Below are positions 23,267-34,730 of a stretch of DNA of 64,000 nucleotides, one piece after another (position 1 is the first letter of the stretch; each line of letters begins with the position of its first letter). Under the pieces are notes generated by a model. The model had not been told where the DNA came from. It ran no database searches and saw nothing but the letters and a program-made list of their open reading frames with translations. Source of the stretch: Lingula anatina (taxonomy: Eukaryota; Animalia; Brachiopoda); assembly GCA_051362555.1 (NCBI GenBank), contig CM120649.1:15638567-15702566 (forward strand). Reading direction: 5' to 3'. Made by a program: the position numbers and the translations under genes.

Positions 23267-24955
23267 ATGGCACTGAGCAAAGGAAAGTCACCACTAGGTT
23301 TGAAAGCTTATGAAGATGATGTACAAAGAAACGGTCACCGTCCGCTGAGTCCGACACAGCGTTACGAGTATGAGCACCAACGACTCTTAACCTTTGCCAA
23401 TTGGCCTGATTGGGCATCTGTTTCTGCTGCTAGGCTGGCAAGTTACGGCTTTTTCTACACCGGCAGGGACGATGAGGTGGAATGTTTCGCTTGTCATCGC
23501 AGCGTTCGAGGTTGGAAATTGGGCGACAACCCCGAAAACAAGCACCGCCAAGTATCACCAAACTGTTGCTACATAAATGGTGTTAATAAAGAGAATATTC
23601 CGATATATGTTGAAGTCTCATCTCCCGAAGAAAATGCAGGACTTCAAAGAACAATCTACACCCCTCTTGGTCTTCGGCATCTTGGGACTCCGGTGCCACA
23701 AGGTTCCCAACATGCTGAGGGTTCTTTGAGAGGCCCAAATGGAAATTCAATGACAGGTGTAGTCACCCATGGCACTGACAGTGAAATAAGAAACCGTGCT
23801 GACGAAAGGACAGAATCACGGAACGAGGCCACCAGAAACCCGCGATCTGCTGTTAATCCAAACGCTCAAGTCGGCGTTGACACTACTGACAATCTTGCCG
23901 TTAGGAGGTCACCGCCAACTGAAACGCGCCAAAACAATCCCCAATCCTCTGACACTACCACTCCGACACTTGCAAGTGTTTGCGAAAGTGAAGATTTTAT
24001 GTTGATTATGAGGGAGAATGAGTTAACTCGTATGCAAACCTATGCTTATTTTCCAGACAGTTGTCCTGTCAGACCCAGTGTACTCGCAAAGGCGGGATTC
24101 TTTTATTTAGGGGCTTCAGATATTGTGAAATGTGCTTACTGCAGCGGTATGATCACATCATGGAACAGGGGCGATGACGCATTTGAAGAACATTTGAAAC
24201 ATTTTCCGTTGTGTCCATTTGTACAGCAAAGACAAAATCGAGAGCAGAGTTCGACCCAGCAAAACAATTTATTGTTTGACGATAACCCAATAGTGACTGA
24301 ACGACCAAAACATCCCCAGTTTGCAATTGAACAGAACAGGATTTTGACTTTTGAAAACTGGCCCATCAGTAAGCGGCAAACACCAAGAGAACTTTCCATA
24401 GCGGGGTTCTATTACGCCGGGTTTGAGGATAATGTGAAATGCTTTTTCTGTGGCGGGGGACTGAGAAACTGGGAGCCACAGGATGACATATGGACTGAGC
24501 ATGCGCGCTGGTTCCCAAATTGTGGGTATGTGAAACAGTGTAAAGGAGTGTCTTTCATCAGAGAAATACTGCAACTCAATTCCGCTAACGACCAGTCTTA
24601 CATCCAAGTAAGTCAGACCCGACATACCCATGAAATAGAGGCAAGGGAGATTGAAGCTCGGTTAGATGCACCATCTGCCCAGAAAGTAATAGCAATGGGT
24701 TATTCCCGAGATTTAGTAAGAAGGGCTATAGGAAATAGACTTACAACTGTTGGCGACGATTTCCCTAATCTACAGTCTTTAGTAGAAGCCATTCTTCGAA
24801 TTGAAGAGGAACATGAAGCGGGAGATGGTGGTGGTGACAGAGAGATAAGAACTAGGTTAGGCGCACCATCTGCTCACAGCATGGTAGTTGAAATGGGCTG
24901 TTTTAATATGCAGTCCTTGATGGAAGCTCTTGGTGAAATAGAAAACGAGCAATAA
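23267..24955 (+). CDS. IAP-1: 3xBIR-UBA inhibitor of apoptosis lacking RING (premature stop); intronless CDS
   Basis: Three CX2CX16HX6C BIRs; UBA-like AQKVIAMGYSRDLVRR; ATG at 23267 just after the acceptor ttatttcag; TAA where the paralog has E, with RING-region homology continuing after the stop. Confidence 0.9.
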   Translation: MALSKGKSPLGLKAYEDDVQRNGHRPLSPTQRYEYEHQRLLTFANWPDWASVSAARLASYGFFYTGRDDEVECFACHRSVRGWKLGDNPENKHRQVSPNCCYINGVNKENIPIYVEVSSPEENAGLQRTIYTPLGLRHLGTPVPQGSQHAEGSLRGPNGNSMTGVVTHGTDSEIRNRADERTESRNEATRNPRSAVNPNAQVGVDTTDNLAVRRSPPTETRQNNPQSSDTTTPTLASVCESEDFMLIMRENELTRMQTYAYFPDSCPVRPSVLAKAGFFYLGASDIVKCAYCSGMITSWNRGDDAFEEHLKHFPLCPFVQQRQNREQSSTQQNNLLFDDNPIVTERPKHPQFAIEQNRILTFENWPISKRQTPRELSIAGFYYAGFEDNVKCFFCGGGLRNWEPQDDIWTEHARWFPNCGYVKQCKGVSFIREILQLNSANDQSYIQVSQTRHTHEIEAREIEARLDAPSAQKVIAMGYSRDLVRRAIGNRLTTVGDDFPNLQSLVEAILRIEEEHEAGDGGGDREIRTRLGAPSAHSMVVEMGCFNMQSLMEALGEIENEQ

Positions 24956-26235
24956 CATGGGGAATGGGGAAACCAGCTCGACAAATGATCCCCAAAATGT
25001 TACAGTAGCCAGGGGTCAATCAGACCAATCACCTCCAAATGACACAGCACCCTCCGTCAATACAAATAATCCCCTGCACCCGCTAACTTATCAGACAAAC
25101 TAAGACAAGAAAATAAACTTCTAATAGAACAGAGAATATGGAAAAAACAATGTAATTAGGGTGAGGGACGATGAGTTTGTTCTCTTGTCGTGTGCTCATC
25201 TCGTGTATTGCAATCCATACGCTCCGTCTCCCCGAAAATGTCTGGTTTGTGAACACAAGATTAGGAACACAGTAAAAAACCTGTCTATGCTACCTTGGCT
25301 CCCCTGACGAGTCCACATGGACGAAACACGAAAGTTGAGCAGACGGCGGGAAAACTGCCGACAGTTCTCTTTTTGTGTCGATGTACAGTTCCAATGCACC
25401 AACGACTACAAAAAAATAAAAAAAAAGATTATATCAGATCATCCATAAATTTAAAGTCAATTAATAGGAAAATGCACATAAACACATAAAAAACATAACA
25501 GCCATAAAAACACACATTAATAAATTCCCCTGAACTCATTGACCCCGCTGACTTTTCACACAAACTAAAAGAAGAAAATAAACTTTTAAAAGAACAGAGA
25601 ATATGTAAAATATGTAAATTAAGGGACTCTGTGGATGTTCTCTTGTCGTGTGCTCATCTTGTGTGTTGCAATCCATGCACTCCCTCTCTCCAAAAATGCC
25701 CAGTTTGTGTTATAAGCTATCTATGCTAGCTTGGCTCCCCTGACGAGTCCACATGGACGAAACACAAAAGTTGAGCAGACGGCGGGAAAACTGCCGACAG
25801 TTCTCTTTTTGTGTCGATGTACAGTTCCAATGCACCAACGACTACAAAAAAATAAAAAAAAAGATTATATCAGATCACCCATAAATTTAAAGTCAATTAA
25901 TAGGAAAATGCACATAAACACATAAAAAACATAACAGCCATAAAAACACTCATTAATAAATTCCCCTGAACTCATTGACCCCGCTGACTTTTCAGACAAA
26001 CTAAGAGAAGAAAATAAACTTTTAAAAGAACAGAGAATATGTAAAATATGTAAATTAAGGGACTCTGTGGATGTTCTCTTGTCGTGTGCTCATCTTGTGT
26101 GTTGCAATCCATGCACTCCCTCTCTCCGAAAATGCCCAGTTTGTGTTATAAGCTATCTATGCTAGCTTGGTTCCCCTGACGAGTCCACATGGACGAAACA
26201 CAAAAGTTGAGCAGACGGCGGGAAAACTGCCGGCA
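24956..26235 (+). pseudogene. Three tandem copies of the IAP RING-coding end plus 3'UTR (~436-bp period)
   Basis: Copy 1 (~25075-25295) is frameshifted. Copies 2 and 3 (from ~25526 and ~25962) read KEQRICKICKLRDSVDVLLSCAHLVCCNPCTPSLxKCPVCVISYLC* with an in-frame stop upstream. Confidence 0.85.
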
Positions 26236-26782
26236 GATTATTTTGTGTGTCGGGAGTATCACGAAAGAGCTGCAAAAGAGAGTTCCTTTGAGATAACGTT
26301 TACTTAAACCTTTTGTGTTCATTTCAACTGTTTTTCTTTGACTATAACTGCTGACTTTTTCCAAGTATATGGTTTATAACATAGGAGCAAATTCAAAATT
26401 TGTAATTTAGTTTGTCATTTCTGGAATGTGTTTGTAAAATATGTAAATGTAAGAAATGTAAAAAAACGTAATATTAGTTCAAAAGCTGGTGGTCAGTGTG
26501 CATGACAATTGTAACGCTTCATAATATGGAAGTTTATGTGTATATGAAATTGCTAACATCTTCACATTTTTATTAATCTTCAGTCAACCCTGTAAATCGT
26601 CACGACTGCTCAAATGAAGACAAGATTACTTTTTTATTATTATGAGGAGTGTACATGTATAATGGTCTTCATTGTTGCTGATTAGACTGAATTTTGCAGA
26701 ATCATATTTTAGTAATGCTCATTATCATTTTTACTAGACAAGTAGTGCAGCGTGATTTTCATTCTATGGCGAAAAAAAAAAA

Positions 26783-27035
26783 CAATATACACACGCTAGA
26801 CAATAGCAGTGTCACCCCTACTGAACCAATACTTTGGGGGAGATAAATGACTGTGGGATGATATGCTCCTGGTATCATTTTATTGACATCAAATTCCACA
26901 AAAAGACCAACGATACAATCCCATGGTACATCGGTTTTATTCTCATTAGTCACATTATAAGTAGACCAGGCATTATAACTTTGATTACTCTGATTTAGGG
27001 GGTGACACTTCTATTGTCCAGTGTGTGTATATATT
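26783..27035. mobile_element. Small MITE-like inverted-repeat element
   Basis: aatatacacacgctagacaatagcagtgtcacccc ... ggggtgacacttctattgtccagtgtgtgtatatatt. Confidence 0.65.
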
Positions 27036-28024
27036 ATTATGATGCTATCGGTCGCCTTTTTGCACTAGTCTTTATTTTGTTTCGAAGTTCGACAATTCAG
27101 TCAATAAACGGACCGTTGAATTCTAGGTCTCTTTAAACACACGACATTTGTTCAAATGACGTGGGGTATTTTTAATTATTGTGTAAAACTATTACTACTA
27201 TTATTATTTTTGCTAATAACGGATGTAACTGAACTGAGGATTTTTATTAATGGCTAAAATATAACAAAACATTCAACATCTAAAATTAATGAACTGAGCC
27301 AAAACACGCAACGAATTTTTTTTTTTTTCAATTTTTAAAAACACTATGAGACCGCCCAACATAGTCGCAAGCTATTTATTAACCTATTTAAAATAAATAT
27401 TCTAGACATTTTTGGAGACATTACACATCATGCTCGCTCCCTGGCAATTTCCAGCTTTATTATTTTAGGAAAAATATACTAGATTGATTGGAGAAAGTGA
27501 GATGGTCTGCGAGCAACAGTAACGAAGGTTAAAATCAAGTCTGTTTACGTTTTTGTGTGAGAACCCATAAATATAGTTATTAATTTTTAATGATTAAAGT
27601 TGCTAGACTGATGTTAGTAAAGTTCCACTTGGACAAAGAATTCTTCCTCTAACTTACTTTTAATAAAAAGCAAAAATATTGTTAAATGGGCCAATATATT
27701 GACAATGAGAGAATTTGAAGAAATAGATCCTAGTTAACATATCTATCTACCTTAATTGCAATTTTAATACATACAGATCCATTTGCCATTTGGCAATGAA
27801 AGCCTGGTGTAGAGAGTCGTAATGATAATCCAGAATTATGATAATTATACTTATTTTGGAATCATATAATTTATAACTTATCTTTTCAATTATACTTGTT
27901 TCACATTGAGAAATAAGTAAACAAGATAACCTCGACTAAAAGGCCCAATCCAAATCCCTTATTACACTTGAGAAATTTGACAAGAAAAACCACGCACGAG
28001 CGTTATTGAACAACACATGCCTCA

Positions 28025-31000
28025 TTATCCCAAAAGTGGACCCCAACTTCCAGGATTAATTCCAGAGCACTGAGCATCAAAGATTATCAGAGTCTGACCA
28101 AAAATGTTAAGTACTTCGCAGCAGAGGACAGTTGTGTCGGGGAACGCGTACGTAGAGCTCTGCGCAAAGCCGCAAGGTGGAGCCACCTGGTAGAACGCCA
28201 CGATTCTTCGTCCAGGAGGGGCTAACTTCACAGCTGCTTTCTCACACATACATTGTCCATAAGACTTCCCCATGTTATTAAATAAATTGGTATCAGTCAG
28301 CTTTGTGTTCGCAAATCTTAACTTTGCTAAACGTTCGCAATCCACTGGGCAACGCTGTAACGCATTAACACACTGGGGGGACAGGCCAGGGGTTACTTGG
28401 GTGACTGGGGGGATTTGTCGGCGCTTCTTGGTGTTGAAGAACTGGGGGTAGACATCTGTGATCTTTGTCGTTTTGGTGCCGTCTTCTAGCCACACGTCGC
28501 TCTGACCCTGGCCATAGATAATATCTGGTAACTGCCAGAGTAGAGGACCCGGCGTGGTGGAATTCTCCTCGGCGTGGAGGCTACACTGGCATCTTAAAAG
28601 GTAAAAATAATTTTCTTTCTATATTGAGCACAAAAGTGTGTACAGGTTACTCTCTACTATACTACTAGTTTAATAGCAAACAGTATGTGTAATACAAAAT
28701 GCAAATGGCATTATTACTGGGATATAAAGCATAGGATAAAACGGCTATTGCTAGAGTGATGGGTGTATCGTTTCTTCAAACTTTCAGTTATAATATATAT
28801 AACCTATCAATATATATAAATAAAACAGAGAATGATAAAATAAGTAGACATAGGCAGACACGCCATCACTTTTTAGAGAGTTCTAAGTTTCACATTTTGT
28901 TTCCTTCTTGCACTTGAAACTGATGAATAGAAATTCACTCGTTACCATTTAAAGTTTTCGAAAATTGGTTGAAGGGAGTTATTTCATCGACGGTCTTGGG
29001 TAAGGCACCCTGAGCTTCAGAGCTAACTTGACACTAACCTTTTCACTGTAGCCTATCTCCATCGTGTCAAGTAACCTCTGACGAAAATAGTTTGACCTAT
29101 TTTATATAAGCCAATCGAATCCATGTTTCAAAATTTTTCACCAAAGTTTGGTGAAAACGCTGATTGGTTGATCGTCAATCGGCAATCCTCGGCTGATTCC
29201 GCAAGCTCCATACTAACAACTTAGTTATTGTCGAGTGCGGAGACATCCGAGTAGTTCCGAGTGGTTCCGAGTGCATAACCGTACACAAAGAAAGCATGGA
29301 GTATATCGGAATTGAAACCAGAGCAGTATGATGCCCTGCATCATTATCTACTGAGAGACGATGTTATTTGCGTGCTGCCCACAGGTTACGGCAAGACCCT
29401 GATATTCAGCCTTATCTTTGATTGGTCCGGATTTGAACAAAGCGCGCTTTGACTCGTTCGCGTTCATTGGCTAGATCGTTTAATGAGTCATTGAGTGCGG
29501 GCTTTTAAATTTGATTGGCGGGCGGCGGAGGCAATCGAATCTGGTCAGAGGTTACTTGACACGATGGAGATAGGCTACAGTGAAAAGGTTAGTGTCAAGT
29601 TAGCTCTGAAGCTCAGGGTGGGGTAAGGGTAACGGGTCCTGATTGTGAGGGGAAAATTGCATAAATTATCAGTCAAATTACTTTGTTGAAATGATGTGTT
29701 AGTCTCGCCCAAGTATCTAACCCTAATACGAGAATGACGCAAAAGCTTTAAAATTAGAATTGAAAAAAAAATGGATTTGGAAATGGTAAATGTATACTTA
29801 TACCGTGGTGATTTGGGGACAGTGTTGGAATATCCAGAAAAATTACAAATTGCTAGACTAACGCTTATTGTCTGACGTAAAACAATGCATTATATAAGGT
29901 ATTCAAATTAAAATGTATCGATACTTTATAAGTTAAATTTTCTGAACTCTAAATAATAGACATATAAGCATCAATACTGCACCTTTCTGTGGAGTGTCCT
30001 TTGTTTATCTCTGAAAAAAAAGGAACAAATAGAAAGAATACACCGGTATGATGCAATATTTTTGTTCATATCAACATTATTTTCACTATTAATTTCCCAT
30101 ATGTTATACGGTTAATAATATATTTGCACATATCAAATATCTACGGCTGTGTAGCGATGACTACAATATATCCAATCAACGGGGCGTGTATTTTTCTTAA
30201 TCAATGAGCATTTGTAGTGATATATATTCAGGACTGTAGGCTAGGAAAATGCTTTGATCAGCTGCTTAAAGCCTGAGTTATACATGAAAGTAGGTGCTTG
30301 TCTGTGGTACTCATCGAGGTTGTATTAATGCGGTAAGTTGGGAGATAGGAAAAGGCTAACACTTCATAGAGATTAATGTCAAGTCGTAACTGCCCACTGC
30401 AAACCTTAGCCCACGGCCCTGCCATCATTTTTGCAGTTCACAAACTTACCCCCGTAGCATTCCAGGCCTTTGACAGTTAAGTAAGCCTCTTCGGGGTAGT
30501 TATTGTCTGTGTCCCTCACGTACACACGTGTTACTGGTAAATAGCGTTTGTCTTCTAAGTAGCCCTCGTCACTTCTCCAAACCTTGTCATTGAGTAAACA
30601 GTTGCAGGGTTTTCTAAATAAAGAAACGATTGTATGAAATTACCACATACATTTTAACTATCCAAAAACCTCGTGATAAGAAGAACATTGATGAATTCGC
30701 AGACTTGTTGAAAAATAATAAAATTTTAAAGGATGAAAATTTAAAAATAATCCTCATACAAATAAATCCTCCTGACGCTGTAGTTAAGAGTCGAAATATA
30801 GGAATAAAAATAGGTACTTTATTGTTTATTTTGAGTTTTGTTGTGCCGAGGGATCAGTGAATTATCCTGTTTATACCTACCCCGGGTCATCACAGTGTCC
30901 CTGTACACCACAAGCACACATAAAACTGTTGGTGGGGGCGCCACCCCAGTTTGACATCGCCAAACCTTGTCTGGAAAACCACCAATGCGGTTTGTAAAAT

Positions 31001-31343
31001 TGATGTGAATGGTAGCACAAAACCTTGACAAACTGGCGACAATTCCTAGATACCTTGATGAGGCTTTCGAGCTGGGCCATAGTCGGTTTGTAAGTAAAAT
31101 CAACAGGCACAATAAAAGTGCTTGAATGGTGGAACCATTTTGGCTGTGAGGCGCTCTGGTGTGATACCAAGGTGATTCCATGTCCTGGGAGGTCTTTTGA
31201 TGTTGTGCACGTGACCTGAAACGGTGGCTGTCCGCCTGGGCCGTCCGGATCTATGGTGTACACACCTGCGCTGAATGCTCCTCCACCAAAGTGCCGCAAC
31301 ACCTCTTCACAAGATCGGGGAACTTAAAAAACAATTGAAAGAC

Positions 31344-31378
<35 letters not shown>

Positions 31379-31627
31379 CAATAATGTCAGTATAATTATG
31401 TCTTAACCCACAGTACAATTATGAAGATGTTGATTTTCATGTGTCGATAAGAAGCCAATAACGGCAATCCGAGTTCTTTTCAATCAATTCAGTTTCTTTC
31501 CTAGCTGACATATTTAACCTAACATAGTGCATTCTCGTTTCCTACACGAAAAAAAACCACTACAAAATGCAACAATTGTTGATCAGGTTTGATATAGCGG
31601 TACCTACCAATGTTCCCATGTGTGGGC
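28025..31627 (-). CDS. Multi-exon gene, copy 2: CASPR-type fibrinogen-related domain plus unknown Cys-rich domain (5' exon not found)
   Basis: Exons 31627-31608, 31322-30881, 30613-30450, 30010-29983 and 28592-28025; same phases and micro-exon sizes (20 and 28 nt) as copy 1; frame open throughout. Confidence 0.87.
29006..29620. mobile_element. 615-bp TIR element with 8-bp TSD, carrying a RecQ-like helicase fragment (intronic)
   Basis: ~76-bp perfect TIRs starting CACCCTGAGC; TSD gggtaagg; ~29291-29420 (+) reads ELKPEQYDALHHYLLRDDVICVLPTGYGKTLIF. Confidence 0.88.
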
Positions 31628-32599
31628 CTAAAAATACTTTGCACGATTAAGAAATTAAGAAGCAAAATATATGAATTTGCCATTTTGCAAAGAGTCGTTT
31701 CTCGCTTTCACAGTTAACGTCGTATCTGCTGATGGCCGGCGACTTATATAGGGGAAAGGAGGAAATAAATAGACTGAATATAAGGCGAGACGCCTTGTGA
31801 ACATTATCAGTTGCTGTTTTAACCCCTGGACTTATCAAGATTAACCCCCTCCCACTTTTGGTGATAGATATTAAAGGAAGTAAAAAGTATTAAATTCGAC
31901 ATATTTTTCGACCTTGAAGCTGCACAGTTAAGAAGTCGATTTCCTCCAGCATGTACACACGCACTCGTGGATTCACTAATTAATTATCTTTTGTTTGTTT
32001 GTTTGTTTGTTTGTTTGTTTGTTTATATATTTTGTGGGGGTAGTGCAGGGGACGGGTGTGGAGGGGTGTGGGGGGGGTATTTTGACCATAGAAAAACTTA
32101 TTACTTTGGGCTCCAAATTGGCTGCGCATCTGTACTTACATTGAGCTTGATTGTCTATATTACAACACAATACGCCCGGCAAGGAATTTCCGTCTTAATG
32201 ACAACGTGCATAATACAGAACCGTGCTCCAATATTGTTCATGCTGAGCCTACGTTTATAAAAGGACTTTAAAAAAATTCTGAAATAGTTTACCGTCGTTT
32301 CTTTACATAACTTATTCATTCTATTTACTTGTTCATTTATTTGATGGGGTACAGCTGACATGGTTCAGTAAAATGACTTATCAATAATTAAACCAACTAA
32401 TATTTAGGAAAAATGCGCAAAATGGAGATTTCATCCTACGTTAACACCCTATAGGTTCTAGAATTCGGTATTGCCGGCTCGATCATGATTTTATATGTAA
32501 CCCATATGATACCGCTCTACCGTCGTTTTTACAGTAGAAATAGGGTTGTATACCCGAAATAACAGCTCAAAAGTGAAAGACCACAGAAAAACACACCAC

Positions 32600-32810
32600 C
32601 TATGAGGCGGAACAAAAGAGGAGTTTTAAAGTGAAAGGAGCTATTGGCTTGTTTATTGCGATAAAGATGTGGAACGCAATGCAAGATGTTTTAAAGAGTG
32701 CGGCAGCAGGTTCAGAAACAGCGTGGTGTACGTGCAATTAAAAGAGGACAAAAATATTTTTTTGACGGCAACATCGAATTTTAAGATGGATGTCTGATCA
32801 AGGCTAAAGA
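32600..32810 (+). pseudogene. Possible relic of a hAT-type (TTF zinc finger) transposase N-terminus
   Basis: Broken-frame QKRSFK...CDKDVERNA...F.TATSNFKMD. Confidence 0.3.
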
Positions 32811-33405
32811 AAAAGCCAAGACATATATCTTATGGCTGCAGAGTTCGATAAAAGCAGGATAAGAGGGAGTTGCTGGTACACATCACTGTCGGCACGTTGA
32901 GGGCACACTCCCGGGAAGATGCACTTCATAATAAAGTAAAGAGTAATCTATTTCAAGCCTGAATTTGCATGCTGTTAGAAACAGTTTGTTCAGAGAAGCG
33001 TGACTAGCGGAAAGGGGTAGGGGAGTCGAGTTCACGTCAATATGAAAAAAAAAAACAGCGTGGCCATAAACTTAAATTTTGACTTGAATCCATAGGTTTA
33101 TTATTATGTATAAACAGGAAAGTTGTAGGGGATTTTAATCTTAAAAAGTGTGACGTGACTGTCAACAGGTGTGCGGGCAAGGACACGTGCAGATATATTT
33201 ACATATATGTTTGACCTTTTATTGAGGAACACCGATAGAGATGATAATTGAAATAAGCCAATTAAGATCTAACAAGTTTCTTTATGGCAGTAGCGGTAGA
33301 GGAGTCACTGAGCTTATTTCTTAATGCCTCAACATGCTTTTAGAAAGTAAGGTAATTGGTGTATGCATAGAGTGTTGTGCACATAAACCCTGGATGGTGA
33401 CGAAT

Positions 33406-33563
33406 CAGGGCCGTAGCCTCCGGGGGGGCAGGGGGGGCAGGGGGGGCAGCTGCCCCCCCCTGGAATTTGGAAGTTTACACACCACACCCTCCACCCTCGG
33501 TAGCTTCGCCCCCTCGTGTCCGCTTACTGCCCCCCCTGGCATTTTGCTCAGGCTACGGCCCTG
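33406..33563. mobile_element. MITE with 5-bp TSD (related termini CAGGGCCGTAGCC)
   Basis: TIRs cagggccgtagcc/ggctacggccctg; TSD cgaat. Confidence 0.85.
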
Positions 33564-33817
33564 CGAATATTCTGTTTCAATGCCACTGATTATCAGTTAC
33601 AGTCCCGAATTGAAACAGATTTGCTATATTGCCTTTTCGTTTTCTGTTAACGTCAAGCTAATTTAGACATATATTAAAGAGGACATGCTATATAACCCTG
33701 CATGTGGCCACAATAAGATACGCTGAAAAATAAAAGAGTGAAAGCATTTTTATCATCACGACCTCCAGACATAATCGTTCAAATCCACCTTCTCATTAAT
33801 TCGTATACGATACATAT

Positions 33818-34135
33818 GGATAAGACGAAAACAAAATCCCAATCACTGTTACATCTAAAGGACATAACTATTTCATTTATGCAGCAAAGTAGGTAACTGC
33901 TGCACTATAGACAACAGAATGGCCGTTGTCTTCTTTAACGCAATTTACAACAGAATTTCAACCCAGCACAGGTCTGGCTGAGCCAGACAATGCCACTGCG
34001 GCCGCTAACACGACACCAGTGAGTACACAAGCTCCAAGGTCAGAACTACGTCCAAAACATCGCGACCACCAAGACGACAATGATGTTTTACATCTCATCT
34101 TGATGCGTTACATCTCGAACTCCTTGTTTGCAAGA
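33818..34135 (+). pseudogene. IAP linker fragment, paralog of 11695-11990
   Basis: RPLSSLTQFTT..STGLAEPDNA..NTTPVS matches exon 1 of the 58290 gene; the shared flank agacgaaaacaa..caatcactgttacatctaaag also occurs at 11.7 kb. Confidence 0.8.
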
Positions 34136-34730
34136 CGAAATTTCATTGACTTTTCACAAGTAAGTTGTGATACCATGCATGCTTTCGAAATTCTCCAATA
34201 ACCTGCGCGGGGAAACTTTAATGTATTATAAATATTATCACAGACAAACCTTTTTTTTTCATATATTTCGCTGGAGCAGTAGTCGAAATAATTTACTGGT
34301 ACAGAGTTGATTAAAGCTTTAAATGAAGAACTTATAGAATAAGTGTTGAATGTTTTTATTTTATTCATGGACATCAACATTTTGTATTATATATTATTAA
34401 TTAAATTATTTCTTACACCATTCATGCGCACTGGCCAGCTTTTGAATTTACATTAAGTTAATTTCCTAAACCTTCATACAATCAGCATTTATAAAACGCA
34501 TCTAAGAAATGATACAAGATATCGAATTTGGTCATCTAATTTTACCATTTCCTTGAAAAATGCAGCTATTTGAACAAAGAAAACAGTTGAAATTGGGAAA
34601 ATATGTTTATCTAACTTTATCGTCCAGCTCTGTGGTGATACTCCCGACACAAAATATAACTGTCGGCAGTTTTCCCGCCGTCTGCTCAACTTTTGTGTTT
34701 CGTCCATGCGGACTCGTCAGGGGAGCCAAG

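Noticed and set aside
24136-24631. 'Conserved' antisense ORFs, also at 35262-35757
   Set aside because: Shadows of near-identical IAP coding sequence.
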